Assembly (NCBI GenBank): GCA_902790465.1
Contig: CADASF010000014.1
Span: 538 to 64,537, forward strand
Direction: 5' to 3'
Length of the DNA: 64,000 bases
DNA from: an uncultured bacterium
GTDB lineage: Bacteria > Vulcanimicrobiota > CADAWZ01
This document shows positions 1 through 9,200 of the stretch, in pieces (position 1 is the stretch's first letter; each line of letters starts with the position of its first letter). A program made the translations under genes and the position numbers. The notes below the pieces were generated by a model. That model saw only the letters and a program-made list of their open reading frames with translations, searched no databases and was not told the DNA's origin.

Positions 1-680
1 CGCTTCCCATTGTGATTTCCTCCTTTTACAGAGGAAATCCAATCAGGATATTGGACAAATTTTGTTCTATCTTTTAAATCTCCAAAGATAGAATCAGGCA
101 TTGCTCCATATACAAGAACAACTATTGGCTCAAGTTCATAGAGCATTGCAAGAAGACCATTTCGTAAATGTGTCTTTTCTTCTTTTGTTTTGCAACACCC
201 ATAAGTTCCTATTGATACTATACTGTGTTTGAGTAACCCAAGAAATGCAAATTTTTCTTTGCATTTTTCAGTAATAGTGTAAGTTCTTTCATCGCCCCAA
301 CGAACATTTGGAATTACATAAAATCCATGCTCTTGGAAAATATGTCCTATCATTCGATTTCGAGCAATATTCCCTATTTGAGCATATATTGGTGAATCGT
401 AATAAACAGAAAAATCAGGAGTGATTATACCTTTGAACTTTTTCAGTTCTTTTAGATATTTTTTTGTGTCTTTTACAATTTGTCCAAAATTTTCATCATA
501 CTCATAAAAATGTATAAATTCTGAAGAATCTTTTGAACGATTCCTTTTTGAAAAAGGAATTATTCTTTCAGGAATTATTATTTCCTTTGGTGGTTTTATA
601 ACTGGAATTTCAAGAAAACCATCAAAATTAGCATTTACAACGAGTTCAGGACTGAAGCCGTCGTCTATATTTAATTTCAT
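1..680 (-). CDS. DUF4417-like protein, partial (runs off the window start); not in the ORF track because it is truncated
   Basis: Manual translation of the minus strand from ATG at 680: MKLNIDDGFSPELVVNANFDGF...SEFIHFYEYDENFGQIVKDTKKYLKELKKFKGIITPDFSVYYDSPIYAQ... is open to position 1. It shares the HFYxYDxxF...LKKxxKF motif block with the two truncated ORFs at 9201-9734. The family assignment rests on recalled motifs, not a search. Confidence 0.45.
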   Translation of the reverse strand, partial: MKLNIDDGFSPELVVNANFDGFLEIPVIKPPKEIIIPERIIPFSKRNRSKDSSEFIHFYEYDENFGQIVKDTKKYLKELKKFKGIITPDFSVYYDSPIYAQIGNIARNRMIGHIFQEHGFYVIPNVRWGDERTYTITEKCKEKFAFLGLLKHSIVSIGTYGCCKTKEEKTHLRNGLLAMLYELEPIVVLVYGAMPDSIFGDLKDRTKFVQYPDWISSVKGGNHNGK

Positions 681-1165
681 AGAATTTACTTATAAGATTG
701 ACAAATAAGTAAAAATATGTTAAATTTGATATGCTACTAAGAAATATACACATATTTCTACTTATAAAATTCTTGTTCATCTTGTCCCCACAATTTGAAT
801 AAGAATTTTTGTTTTTAGTCATCTTATTTTTCTCCTTTCATAAAGTTTTTATTAACCTTTTTGGTTAATAAAAACTTTATATTTAAATATTAATATATTA
901 TTTGAATTAATTCAAGTAATATATGTTAAAATTTTCTAAACTTTTCTCTTTATTTTTTATATATATACTTACATATTTATTATTGATCATTTATAAAAAA
1001 TAATCAATAAGATTTTTATGGCTTTAATAGCTATTTTATCAAGATTTCAAGAAAAATTCTTAAAAATATAAGAATTTTTCTTAAAAATTAACCTTTTTAT
1101 CTCAATTTATGCTAAAAACGGCTGTTTTGGCATGGCAAACGAAAAAAATACCCATATTTATTATA

Positions 1166-1186
1166 TTTGACAAAGTCTTTGTCAAA
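1166..1186. promoter_or_regulatory. Perfect palindrome TTTGACAAAG-T-CTTTGTCAAA, operator-like site
   Basis: Seen directly: 10-nt arms with a 1-nt centre in an AT-rich intergenic region between the DUF4417-like gene start (680) and the terminator at 1204. Confidence 0.3.
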
Positions 1187-1200
1187 ACATGCTAACCAAC

Positions 1201-1242
1201 AAAAAAGACACTCGGATTAATTTAGTACCGAGTGTCTTTTTG
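1201..1242. terminator. Bidirectional Rho-independent terminator
   Basis: Stem GACACTCGG / CCGAGTGTC flanked by an A-run and a T-run, immediately 3' of the minus-strand gene ending at 1285. Confidence 0.6.
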
Positions 1243-1284
1243 ATTACTTACAAATTTTTCAATGAAGAATTTTTACATACCCAA

Positions 1285-4143
1285 TTATTTCACTGCTTTT
1301 AAAATTATTCTTCTTATATCATCAACAGAAGAAATTCCATTTTCTCTTGCTTCTTTCAAAATCTTAACTGCTTCATCCATATTGAACTCAAATTCAAGCC
1401 AATTTTCAAAATCTCCCCTAATAAAATGATATTTAAGAGATTCCTCTGGAATTTTAAAAATTATTTCCGCAAACTCCTTTATGCTATATACAGACATTCC
1501 AGTATATTCTCCTGGAATCCAAAAATAAAATCTATGTTCGTGAGAAATTTCTTGAACATCATCTTCTTGTTCTTGGTATGAATGAGAAAGCTCATTTCTT
1601 CCCATTAGATTAGATATTTTTCCCATCAAATTAGAGATTTTTCCTCTTGCTTCCTCAGACTTATAACTTTTTATATTGTGTTTTAGATGTTCGATTATAG
1701 ATTTTGCCTTTTGTTCTGTATCGCCTTCAGCAGTCAAATGAAGAACAGCCTCATTTCTATCTGGAACAACAAGCCCCCAAGAATTTGCAAAAAATACTTT
1801 AATTCCTTCAATAGTAGAAAATGGATGTGTATCACAATAAGAATAGAAATAACTCATTATTCTACCCTTATCTGCAAAAGCACATTCAACATCTGCTTTT
1901 TCCATATATAATGGAGGAATTGAATCTGCAACTTCTGCAATAGAAAGACCTGTTTTTGCCATAAATTCAAGAATCTTAGCAATGGCAAACATAGAATCAA
2001 ATCCACAGTTAAATTGAGGAAATATGAAGCCACCTCTGTGATTTCCTGCAAATACAACATCTTTATTACTAAGAGCTGATTCCATAAGTGATTGTCTGTC
2101 AGATTTAGTTCTTATTACTTCGCCTCCAACATTCCACATTATCTTATCAATAATTGCAGGAGCAGAAGAAGCAACAACAACTGAAGGCTTGTTATAAATT
2201 TTTGAAACAAACAATGTAACCAAAGTCAAAAGTTGATTTCCATTTATAAGCCTTCCTCTTTCATCTACCAAAAAGAATGACTCTGAATCAGAATCAAGAT
2301 AAACTCCTGCATTTGCACCCAATGTTACAACAACTTTTGAAAGTTGAGATAATTGGCTTTTTTTAGTATAAAATCCCTCTTTACTTGGATCAATATATGA
2401 ATTGATAGAAACAGTTTCACAGCCCAATTTTCCCAAAATATTTGGAAAAACAGCAGAAGAAGAACTAAATCCATAATCAATCACAACTTTAAATTCAGAT
2501 TTTGCTATTTTTTCAATATCAAGACATTCAAGAAAATCATTTGAATACATTTCAACAATTCGAGGAGGAAACTCAATTTTTCCGATTTCAACACTTGAAC
2601 ATCTTCTAAAATCTTCTCTTGAAAATAGATTTTCTATTTTTCTTTCATTATTTTTAGAAATATTTATACCACGCTCGTTGAACAATTCGATAAAGACAGA
2701 ATTTGGATCATAGGGCTTCATTCTAACATGAACTCCACCAAGTGCAGGTGTATTCCTCGTTACATGTCTTGACAAGGCTGCAGGGATAACTCTAAGATCA
2801 TTTACATTTATTCCTGCAGAAATCAATCCACATATAATGGCTCTGTTTATCATTCTTGAAGCTGGGTGATCATCTCTTGATGTATTTATAACAGTTTCCT
2901 TTTCAAAGCAAGCTCCAAAAGCAGAACCCAATTTTAAAGCGAACTCTGGACTTATTTCAATATTTGAAAGACCGCTTATTCCATCTTTTCCAAAAATACT
3001 TCCAAGCCAACGACCGCCCCAAATAAGGCTCATACTCAATGTAGAACCAGATTCAATTTTTTTATCAGGCCAAATTTTTACATTTGTATTTACAGTTGTT
3101 CCACTTGCTATAAAACATCTATCTCCAATAATAGAACTGTCATTTGTTCTTACTTTTTCTTTTAGAACAACACCTTTTCCAATTATAGTACCGTAAATAG
3201 TACAGTATTTACCTATATAAGTATTACTCCAAATTATTGAACGCTCAATTTCAGTGCCATCAGAAATTATACAATTATCACCTATAGATGTATATGATTT
3301 TATTTTTACACCTTCTTTGATTTTACAATTTTTGCCAATTACAACATGTTCACCAATTTCAACAGAAGGATGTATATAAGAATTATCACCTATATTTATA
3401 TTCTGTTTTAATCTTTTCCCAGGGATTTCAGCCTTTACCGAACCATTAAACAAATCATAAGATGCCTGTTTATATTGTTCTAAATTGCCTATATCACACC
3501 AATAGCCGTCAAGAGTACAACCACATAAAGGTAAGTGTCTTTCCATTATTTCAGGAAAAATATCCCTGCTGAAATCATAAACTTGACCATATTCCATCAA
3601 ATCCAAAACTTCAGGATTTATCAAATAAATTCCAGTATTTGCTGTATCTGCAAAAACTTCTCCCCAAGTTGGTTTCTCGATAAATTGCTTTATATATGAA
3701 TCTTTATCAACAATGACCAAGCCAAATTCCAAAGGATTTTCAACTTTTTTCAACAGAATAGAAGCTACTGCTTTCTTTGTATTGTGAAATTCTATAAATT
3801 TTGTAAAATCAAAATCGGCAAGTGCATCACCACTGACGATCAAAAAAGGTTCATTTAAAGATGAGGCAATTTTCTTAATACTACCAGCAGTGCCAAGTGG
3901 TTCATCTTCAACAGAATAACGAATCGAAACGCCAAAATCACTGCCATTTCCAAAATAACTTACAATCTCATCTGCCAAATAATGGAGTGTTACTATAATA
4001 TCTGTTATATTATGTGATTTTAAATGTTTTATCATATGCTCCATTACTGGAATATTACAGACAGGAACAAGAGGCTTAGGAGTATTCACTGTCAAAGGTC
4101 TCAATCTTGTCCCCTCTCCCCCTGCCATAACAACTGCTTTCAT
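1285..4143 (-). CDS. Fused sugar-1-phosphate nucleotidyltransferase (mannose-1-P guanylyltransferase-like, N-terminal GGxGTRLxPLT plus left-handed beta-helix) and phosphomannomutase/phosphoglucomutase, with an extra ~120 aa C-terminal domain
   Basis: N-terminus MKAVVMAGGEGTRLRPLT...EDEPLGTAGS is an NTP-transferase. The middle GKDGISGLSNIEISPEF...TSRDDHPAS... has PGM/PMM alpha/beta/alpha domains. The C-terminus after ~aa 830 is unassigned and contains an in-frame 7-aa tandem duplication, GKISNLMGKISNLMG. Confidence 0.8.
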   Translation of the reverse strand: MKAVVMAGGEGTRLRPLTVNTPKPLVPVCNIPVMEHMIKHLKSHNITDIIVTLHYLADEIVSYFGNGSDFGVSIRYSVEDEPLGTAGSIKKIASSLNEPFLIVSGDALADFDFTKFIEFHNTKKAVASILLKKVENPLEFGLVIVDKDSYIKQFIEKPTWGEVFADTANTGIYLINPEVLDLMEYGQVYDFSRDIFPEIMERHLPLCGCTLDGYWCDIGNLEQYKQASYDLFNGSVKAEIPGKRLKQNINIGDNSYIHPSVEIGEHVVIGKNCKIKEGVKIKSYTSIGDNCIISDGTEIERSIIWSNTYIGKYCTIYGTIIGKGVVLKEKVRTNDSSIIGDRCFIASGTTVNTNVKIWPDKKIESGSTLSMSLIWGGRWLGSIFGKDGISGLSNIEISPEFALKLGSAFGACFEKETVINTSRDDHPASRMINRAIICGLISAGINVNDLRVIPAALSRHVTRNTPALGGVHVRMKPYDPNSVFIELFNERGINISKNNERKIENLFSREDFRRCSSVEIGKIEFPPRIVEMYSNDFLECLDIEKIAKSEFKVVIDYGFSSSSAVFPNILGKLGCETVSINSYIDPSKEGFYTKKSQLSQLSKVVVTLGANAGVYLDSDSESFFLVDERGRLINGNQLLTLVTLFVSKIYNKPSVVVASSAPAIIDKIMWNVGGEVIRTKSDRQSLMESALSNKDVVFAGNHRGGFIFPQFNCGFDSMFAIAKILEFMAKTGLSIAEVADSIPPLYMEKADVECAFADKGRIMSYFYSYCDTHPFSTIEGIKVFFANSWGLVVPDRNEAVLHLTAEGDTEQKAKSIIEHLKHNIKSYKSEEARGKISNLMGKISNLMGRNELSHSYQEQEDDVQEISHEHRFYFWIPGEYTGMSVYSIKEFAEIIFKIPEESLKYHFIRGDFENWLEFEFNMDEAVKILKEARENGISSVDDIRRIILKAVK

Positions 4144-4289
4144 TTCAAAAATCCTCCATTCTCTCTTAGTCTTTTCTTCTTTTTGATCAAATCCAACTTA
4201 CCAACACCCCTAAATAAAATCGTTGTGATAGTTGAATTTTTGCCTATTTACAGCAATTTTCATAAATAGTGCAAATTTTAAAAAATAAG

Positions 4290-4400
4290 TAAATAAAAAT
4301 TTGCTATAAACTATCCAAAATATGCCTGTATACTACCACTTTGTCATTGCCTCTAAATAGAGGATGTTTAGGTTACGGAAATCAATTTTTGTTATTAATT
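4290..4400 (-). repeat. Composite small repeat, copy C (R1 module in inverse orientation, then a CCTCTAAATAGAGG palindrome, then the 'acggaaatcaatttttgtta' module)
   Basis: The reverse complement of 4293-4345 matches 10441-10530 and 11741-11830 over ~80 nt (gcaatgacaaagtggtagtatacaggcatattttggatagtttatagcaaatttttatttactt). 4370-4392 matches 27990-28012 and the inner repeats of the 44824-45013 element. Confidence 0.6.
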
Positions 4401-4475
4401 TTGCAATTACTTCCTCTTTATACCCCCAAAAAGTTGCGAAAATAGAAACCAAAAAACTTACCAAAGCACAAAAAT

Positions 4476-5102
4476 TTAAATTAAAATCTCATCAGGCTCA
4501 ATTCCAACCATTATAATTGGTACAGTTGGATTTGATCTCCCCTCTCGTATTACATTTGCAACTTCATTTTCAAACCACGCTACGCCTGTATCCATTTTTA
4601 AACACATTGCCCTTGTAGGAATTATTTCAATTCCTACATCTATATCATTACGCAAAAAGAAAAAAGTATGCTTTACATGTAGATCATAGGCAACACTAAA
4701 ATATTTGCCAAATTGAACTTCAACAGCAACACGGTCTTTTACAAAATCGACTTGATTATTTGTCCTATAAGCCTGAAATCCTTTACTTTCTATTATCCTT
4801 TTCTGCTCTTCTTTATCACGAATATTTGAAATTTCTCTCGCAAGTTGAATATCACCTGTAACATAATAATATGTCGTTACAGATTGCCAATTAAGTGGAA
4901 ATAATCGTTTTTCAAATTCTTTGTTTATTGCTTTTTGATCATAATTAACTCTTCCACTCGTGGGCTGTGCTTTGCTCAATTTTGTAAAATTATTGGCTTC
5001 TATACTATTAATAGCATTTACTATTTCATCCCATTGTTTTTTTCTATGGACAAGCATATACTCATAACCATTTAAATGACTATAAAGATTTGCTATTTTC
5101 AT
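4476..5102 (-). CDS. Type II restriction endonuclease, BglII/BstYI-like (tentative family)
   Basis: Its ATG overlaps the stop of the upstream methyltransferase by 2 nt (ATGA), which suggests translational coupling. Motifs VAVEVQFGKY... and PIIMVGIEPDE recall the BglII-family catalytic core; that is recalled similarity, not searched. Confidence 0.5.
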   Translation of the reverse strand: MKIANLYSHLNGYEYMLVHRKKQWDEIVNAINSIEANNFTKLSKAQPTSGRVNYDQKAINKEFEKRLFPLNWQSVTTYYYVTGDIQLAREISNIRDKEEQKRIIESKGFQAYRTNNQVDFVKDRVAVEVQFGKYFSVAYDLHVKHTFFFLRNDIDVGIEIIPTRAMCLKMDTGVAWFENEVANVIREGRSNPTVPIIMVGIEPDEILI

Positions 5103-6013
5103 TTATCTTCTCTCCATTCAAATGGTATCTGAGCAATTTTATCATTCGGACTTGGTGTCCAAATTTTTTTATATATCGGTCTTGTTATCAATGTATCATT
5201 TTTTAATTTTTCGATTCTTTCAAGACCAATATCTATATATTTTTTTTCTAACTCTGTTCCATAAGCTATGCGATTATTCTTAAGCGAAGCTATCAATGAA
5301 GAACCAACCCCAGCAAATGGATCATAGACAATATCATTTTCATTACTCAATGCAAGCACACAGCGTTCAACTAATTCAACAGGAAATTGACAGGGATGAT
5401 CAACTTTTTCTGGATGATTATTTTTTACATTTGGAATATCCCAAATAAGGGCATCCCAGTCATCAATCAATCTCTCTATATTTGCTTCCCATACATCCTC
5501 AGGATTTTTGCCTTTAGGATTTCCACTTATCTGTCCTTTTTTTTCACCTTTATAATATCTTTTACCAGGATATTTAGACGGTATTCTAACAGAATCCAAA
5601 TTAAAAGTATAATTATCTGTTTTTGAAAACCAAAGAATCGTCTCATATCTTCCACTAAATCTTTTCGAACAGTGAAGACCGTGTCCAAAATGCCATATTA
5701 TACGATTGCGAAGATGAAGCCCTAATTTTTTAAAATAAGGATAAAAATATATGTCAAGTGGATAAATTTCTCCATTATCCACAAAATTTCCAGTTTGCCA
5801 ACAGAGATGACCGTCATCTGATAAAATGCGTACAAATTCTGAAAGCATCGGCTCAAGAGTTCTTATATATTCATCTATATTTGTTTTTGTCTCATATTCT
5901 TTACCAATATTATAAGGAGGTGAAGTTATTATAAGTTTTACAGAATTAGAAGAAATCTCTTTGCTAAATTCGAGAGCATTTTTACATTCATATTTAAAGT
6001 CAAGAATTTCCAT
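5099..6013 (-). CDS. DNA methyltransferase, beta-class N4-cytosine or N6-adenine (SPPY motif IV before a C-terminal DPFAGVGSS motif I)
   Basis: Carries SPPYNIG and DPFAGVGSS motifs with D12 class N4/N6 methylase domain order; paired with the downstream REase. Confidence 0.85.
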   Translation of the reverse strand: MEILDFKYECKNALEFSKEISSNSVKLIITSPPYNIGKEYETKTNIDEYIRTLEPMLSEFVRILSDDGHLCWQTGNFVDNGEIYPLDIYFYPYFKKLGLHLRNRIIWHFGHGLHCSKRFSGRYETILWFSKTDNYTFNLDSVRIPSKYPGKRYYKGEKKGQISGNPKGKNPEDVWEANIERLIDDWDALIWDIPNVKNNHPEKVDHPCQFPVELVERCVLALSNENDIVYDPFAGVGSSLIASLKNNRIAYGTELEKKYIDIGLERIEKLKNDTLITRPIYKKIWTPSPNDKIAQIPFEWREDK

Positions 6014-6073
6014 AAAATCACCTTAACAAATATTAACACAAAATATATATTTATTCTTTGTTAAAATTATCCT

Positions 6074-7399
6074 TTACTTTTCCTGTCCCTTATATTCGAA
6101 AATAGCTGTTTTGAAGATCTCATCATAAGGTTTGTTATTTTCTTTTGCTATTTTCGCAATGCTCTCATATTCAGGATATATTTTTTCTTGTCCTAAATGC
6201 TCACAAACTTTTATTTTCACATCTCCATACTTTGTCTTTACATCAACAGTTTTTCTTGGCAAAATAGACCTTTCCATTTTTTGCTTTCTTATCCCAATAG
6301 TAGTTGTCTCACTGAAAATAATATCTTCCATTTTTGACACATTTTCATCATCTGTTATAACAGAAAGTAAATAGGCAGGTCTATTTTTTTTCATAAAAAT
6401 AGGAGTGTAAAAAACATCTCTTGCACCTTCTGCAAATAATTTTTCCATTGTGTAACCGAGTTGTTCGCCTGTGCTGTCATCTATATTACATTCAAGTTTC
6501 CAAATACAATCTTTTTTATTTTGTAAATTATCTTCAAGCAAAAATCCTCTCAAAATACTCGGTTGTTTGTATTCTCTTTTTCCTGATCCCAATCCAATTT
6601 TTACAGGTTTTATTATTTCAGGTAGAGATGTTGAAGTAATTACAGAAGCAACAAAGGCAACTCCTGTTGGTGTCAATAACTCGCCTTTTCTCTCTGTTAT
6701 AGATAGTGGAAGATTATATTTTGAAATTATGTTCATAACTGCAGGAACTGGAACAGGCAAAATTCCGTGTTGACATCTTACAGAGCCTGTACCTTCACAT
6801 AATTTAGGCACAATTACATCTTTTATTTCCAAATTATCAAAACATACACTTGCAGAAACAATATCAATTATTGAATCTATTGCCCCTACTTCATGAAAAT
6901 GTACTTCATCTATAGGTTTGTTGTGAGCTTTTGCCTCTGCCTCAGCAATTATTTTAAATGTTTTTAATGCTATATTTTTTGCATTTTCTGTAATTTCAAG
7001 CTCAGATATTATTTTTTCTATGTCAGCAAGATTGCGATGAATGTGCTGGTGTTCGTGGTGGTGTTCGTGGTGGTGTTCGTGTTCGTGCTCGTGGTTATGT
7101 TCGTGCTCGTGGTTATGTTCGTGCTCGTGGTGGTGTTCGTGTTCGTGGTGGTGTTCGTGTCCATATAGATATTCCATATCGTGATCGTGATTTTCATTCT
7201 TATCATCTAAAATAACATTGAAATCACAACAATCTATACTCGATTTATTTACTCTTTTTATTTCTATTTTAAAGCTGTCATCTTCAATTTTAGAAAGAGC
7301 CTTTTTTAATACTTCTTGATCAGCTCCTAAATCAAGAAGCATACCAACTATCATATCTCCACTGATACCTGTTTCACATTCCAAATATAAAGTCTTCAT
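6074..7399 (-). CDS. larC: LarC, nickel-insertion protein for the nickel-pincer nucleotide cofactor (DUF111 family), with a His-rich insert
   Basis: N-terminus MKTLYLECETGISGDMIVGMLLDLGAD is typical of LarC/DUF111. It contains a long HEHHHEHEH... nickel-binding tract encoded by tandem repeats, and is adjacent to larB. Confidence 0.8.
   Translation of the reverse strand: MKTLYLECETGISGDMIVGMLLDLGADQEVLKKALSKIEDDSFKIEIKRVNKSSIDCCDFNVILDDKNENHDHDMEYLYGHEHHHEHEHHHEHEHNHEHEHNHEHEHEHHHEHHHEHQHIHRNLADIEKIISELEITENAKNIALKTFKIIAEAEAKAHNKPIDEVHFHEVGAIDSIIDIVSASVCFDNLEIKDVIVPKLCEGTGSVRCQHGILPVPVPAVMNIISKYNLPLSITERKGELLTPTGVAFVASVITSTSLPEIIKPVKIGLGSGKREYKQPSILRGFLLEDNLQNKKDCIWKLECNIDDSTGEQLGYTMEKLFAEGARDVFYTPIFMKKNRPAYLLSVITDDENVSKMEDIIFSETTTIGIRKQKMERSILPRKTVDVKTKYGDVKIKVCEHLGQEKIYPEYESIAKIAKENNKPYDEIFKTAIFEYKGQEK
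7036..7170. repeat. Tandem ~18-21 bp DNA repeats (gtgttcgtggtggtgttcgtg...) encoding the His/Glu-rich tract of LarC
   Basis: Seen directly: repeated GTTCGTG(C/G)TCGTGGT units. The track ORF 7018..7206 (TNTNTT) is the out-of-frame reading of the same repeat. Confidence 0.8.
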
Positions 7400-7412
7400 A
7401 TTCTTCTCCTAT

Positions 7413-8162
7413 TTACTTTTTTTCTGCCAAGCGATTAATCTGTGTTGCTATATATCCTGCTCCATATCCATTGTCAATATTTACAACAGAAACTCCATTT
7501 GCACAAGAATTTAACATTGTCAAAAGAGCAGAAAGCCCTCCAAAACTCGCTCCATATCCAATAGAAGTCGGAACTGCTATAACTGGATTTGATACCATTC
7601 CACCTATAACACTTGCCAAAGCACCTTCCATTCCTGCTATTGCTATCACACAATTTGCTTTTTGTATCAATTCTATTTTAGAAAGAAGCCTATGCAATCC
7701 ACTTACACCTACATCATAAAATCTTTCAACATTACTACCAAAATATTCTGCTGTCTGTGATGCTTCTTCTGCAACAGGAATATCTGCAGTGCCTGCACAA
7801 CATACGGCTATTTTTCCAATTTTTTCTTTTGGATTTCGTTCAACTTTTAAAATTTTTGATATAGGATCATATTCGACATCTGAAATAACATTTTTTATCA
7901 ATTCATATTGCTTTTGACTTGCCCTTGTTCCAAAAACACTTCCGTTTTTATCGAGAAGTTTTGTATAAATAGAAACAAGATGTTCATCTGCCTTTCCACT
8001 GCAAAAAACAACTTCTTGAAATCCACTCCTTATCTCACGATGCATATCAAGTTTTGCATATCCAAGCTCTTCATAAGGAGCTTGACTAAAATAAGCCTCT
8101 GCTTCATCTATTGGCATTTTTCCATTTTTTACATTTTCAAGAATTTCTCTCGCCTTCGTCAT
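7413..8162 (-). CDS. larB: LarB, PurE-like carboxylase making pyridinium-3,5-biscarboxylic acid mononucleotide
   Basis: PurE-like core ...IAVCCAGTADIPVAEEA...GMEGALASVIGG.... The likely start is the ATG at 8162 (MTKAREIL), preceded by AGGAGG; the track's TTG start at 8207 is probably an over-extension. Confidence 0.8.
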   Translation of the reverse strand: MTKAREILENVKNGKMPIDEAEAYFSQAPYEELGYAKLDMHREIRSGFQEVVFCSGKADEHLVSIYTKLLDKNGSVFGTRASQKQYELIKNVISDVEYDPISKILKVERNPKEKIGKIAVCCAGTADIPVAEEASQTAEYFGSNVERFYDVGVSGLHRLLSKIELIQKANCVIAIAGMEGALASVIGGMVSNPVIAVPTSIGYGASFGGLSALLTMLNSCANGVSVVNIDNGYGAGYIATQINRLAEKK

Positions 8163-8639
8163 TCCATCTATCCTCCTCTTTCGTCTTTTTTCGTCTGCGT
8201 CCCCCAAGATGAATTTGATATTATTTTTATTTATTTTATTTTTTAATCCTCTTTAAAATTGTCTTAATTTTTGTTATTTGCTATAATTATTATAATCAGA
8301 ATATTGAAATATTTTTATGATATTTTAGTAAATTATTAATTAGCAACTTTTATGTGGTGTCTTTCTATATATCCTATTTAAACTCTTTCTTTATATTTTT
8401 TTTGTACCAAATAACCAAACAAAGTTTTGGGGTATAATGTAACAAATTCGCTCCAAGGAGAAAAAATACTGGAACGGCTTCAGTTTTCTCATAGTATAGC
8501 TAAATAAAAAGAAGCTCTTATCTTTGCGAGAAAACTGTCAGAGTTCAGAGTGAGGATATTATACCTCAAAAATTGGCGTAAGCAGAATAATTATAACACT
8601 CTTCAAAATTAATGAAGATTTGCAAAGGAGATTATTTTA

Positions 8640-9098
8640 ATGGTAAAAATAGATATAACTTTTGATGAAAAGACGATGAATATTTTTCAAAATTTCATTG
8701 GAAAAAAATTTGAAAAGTACAAATCTGATCCTTTTGTATATTCTTATTCTGTATATGGAATAGTAGGATTATATATAGACAAATCTGTATATAAATTGAC
8801 AAATCTAACAGAAGTTATGAATTATTATGGTGCTAAAGAAGATGTTGCTATTTTCAAATTTGAAAATAGTATAGATGAAGAGATAAAGACATTTATGATC
8901 AACGGCAAAATGATAGAAACTTCTTTAGATAATACAATTTCCAAAATACAAATTGTAAATGAAAATCAAAAAACATTTTATAAAGGCGAGCAAGATTATG
9001 ATGTTTGGGTAACAAGAGGAATAATATTTTTCTTTGCCGATGGTTTGGAATTGTCATTTGAAAAACCTGTTTGGTTTTCTGAAGATATATATAGATAA
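8640..9098 (+). CDS. Hypothetical protein (152 aa)
   Basis: ORF with an AGGAGA RBS at 8627-8632 and no recognisable motifs. It is preceded by a ~190-nt untranslated leader downstream of a TATAAT at ~8436. Confidence 0.4.
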   Translation: MVKIDITFDEKTMNIFQNFIGKKFEKYKSDPFVYSYSVYGIVGLYIDKSVYKLTNLTEVMNYYGAKEDVAIFKFENSIDEEIKTFMINGKMIETSLDNTISKIQIVNENQKTFYKGEQDYDVWVTRGIIFFFADGLELSFEKPVWFSEDIYR

Positions 9099-9200
9099 AG
9101 GATATAATTTGATATCAAGGTTTACTCCTGAAGATGAGTTTCCTAAACATTGGGAAAATGGTTATATTGCAGAATGTACAAGAAAAATAATAGAGATTAA

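Noticed and set aside
1687-2060. Track ORFs 1687..1911 (+) and 1857..2060 (-) inside the 952-aa gene
   Set aside because: They lie entirely within and antisense to, or out of frame with, a well-supported long CDS. Their composition is low-complexity, typical of AT-rich shadow ORFs.
7036-7170. Possible CRISPR array (regular short repeats)
   Set aside because: The repeats are contiguous 18-21 bp coding units with no spacers, inside larC. The same applies to 40165-40275 inside the KE-rich protein gene. There are no cas genes in the window.
7018-7206. 62-aa ORF of TNTNTT repeats on the minus strand
   Set aside because: It is an alternative-frame reading of the tandem repeat that encodes the His-rich tract of LarC; it is not an independent gene.
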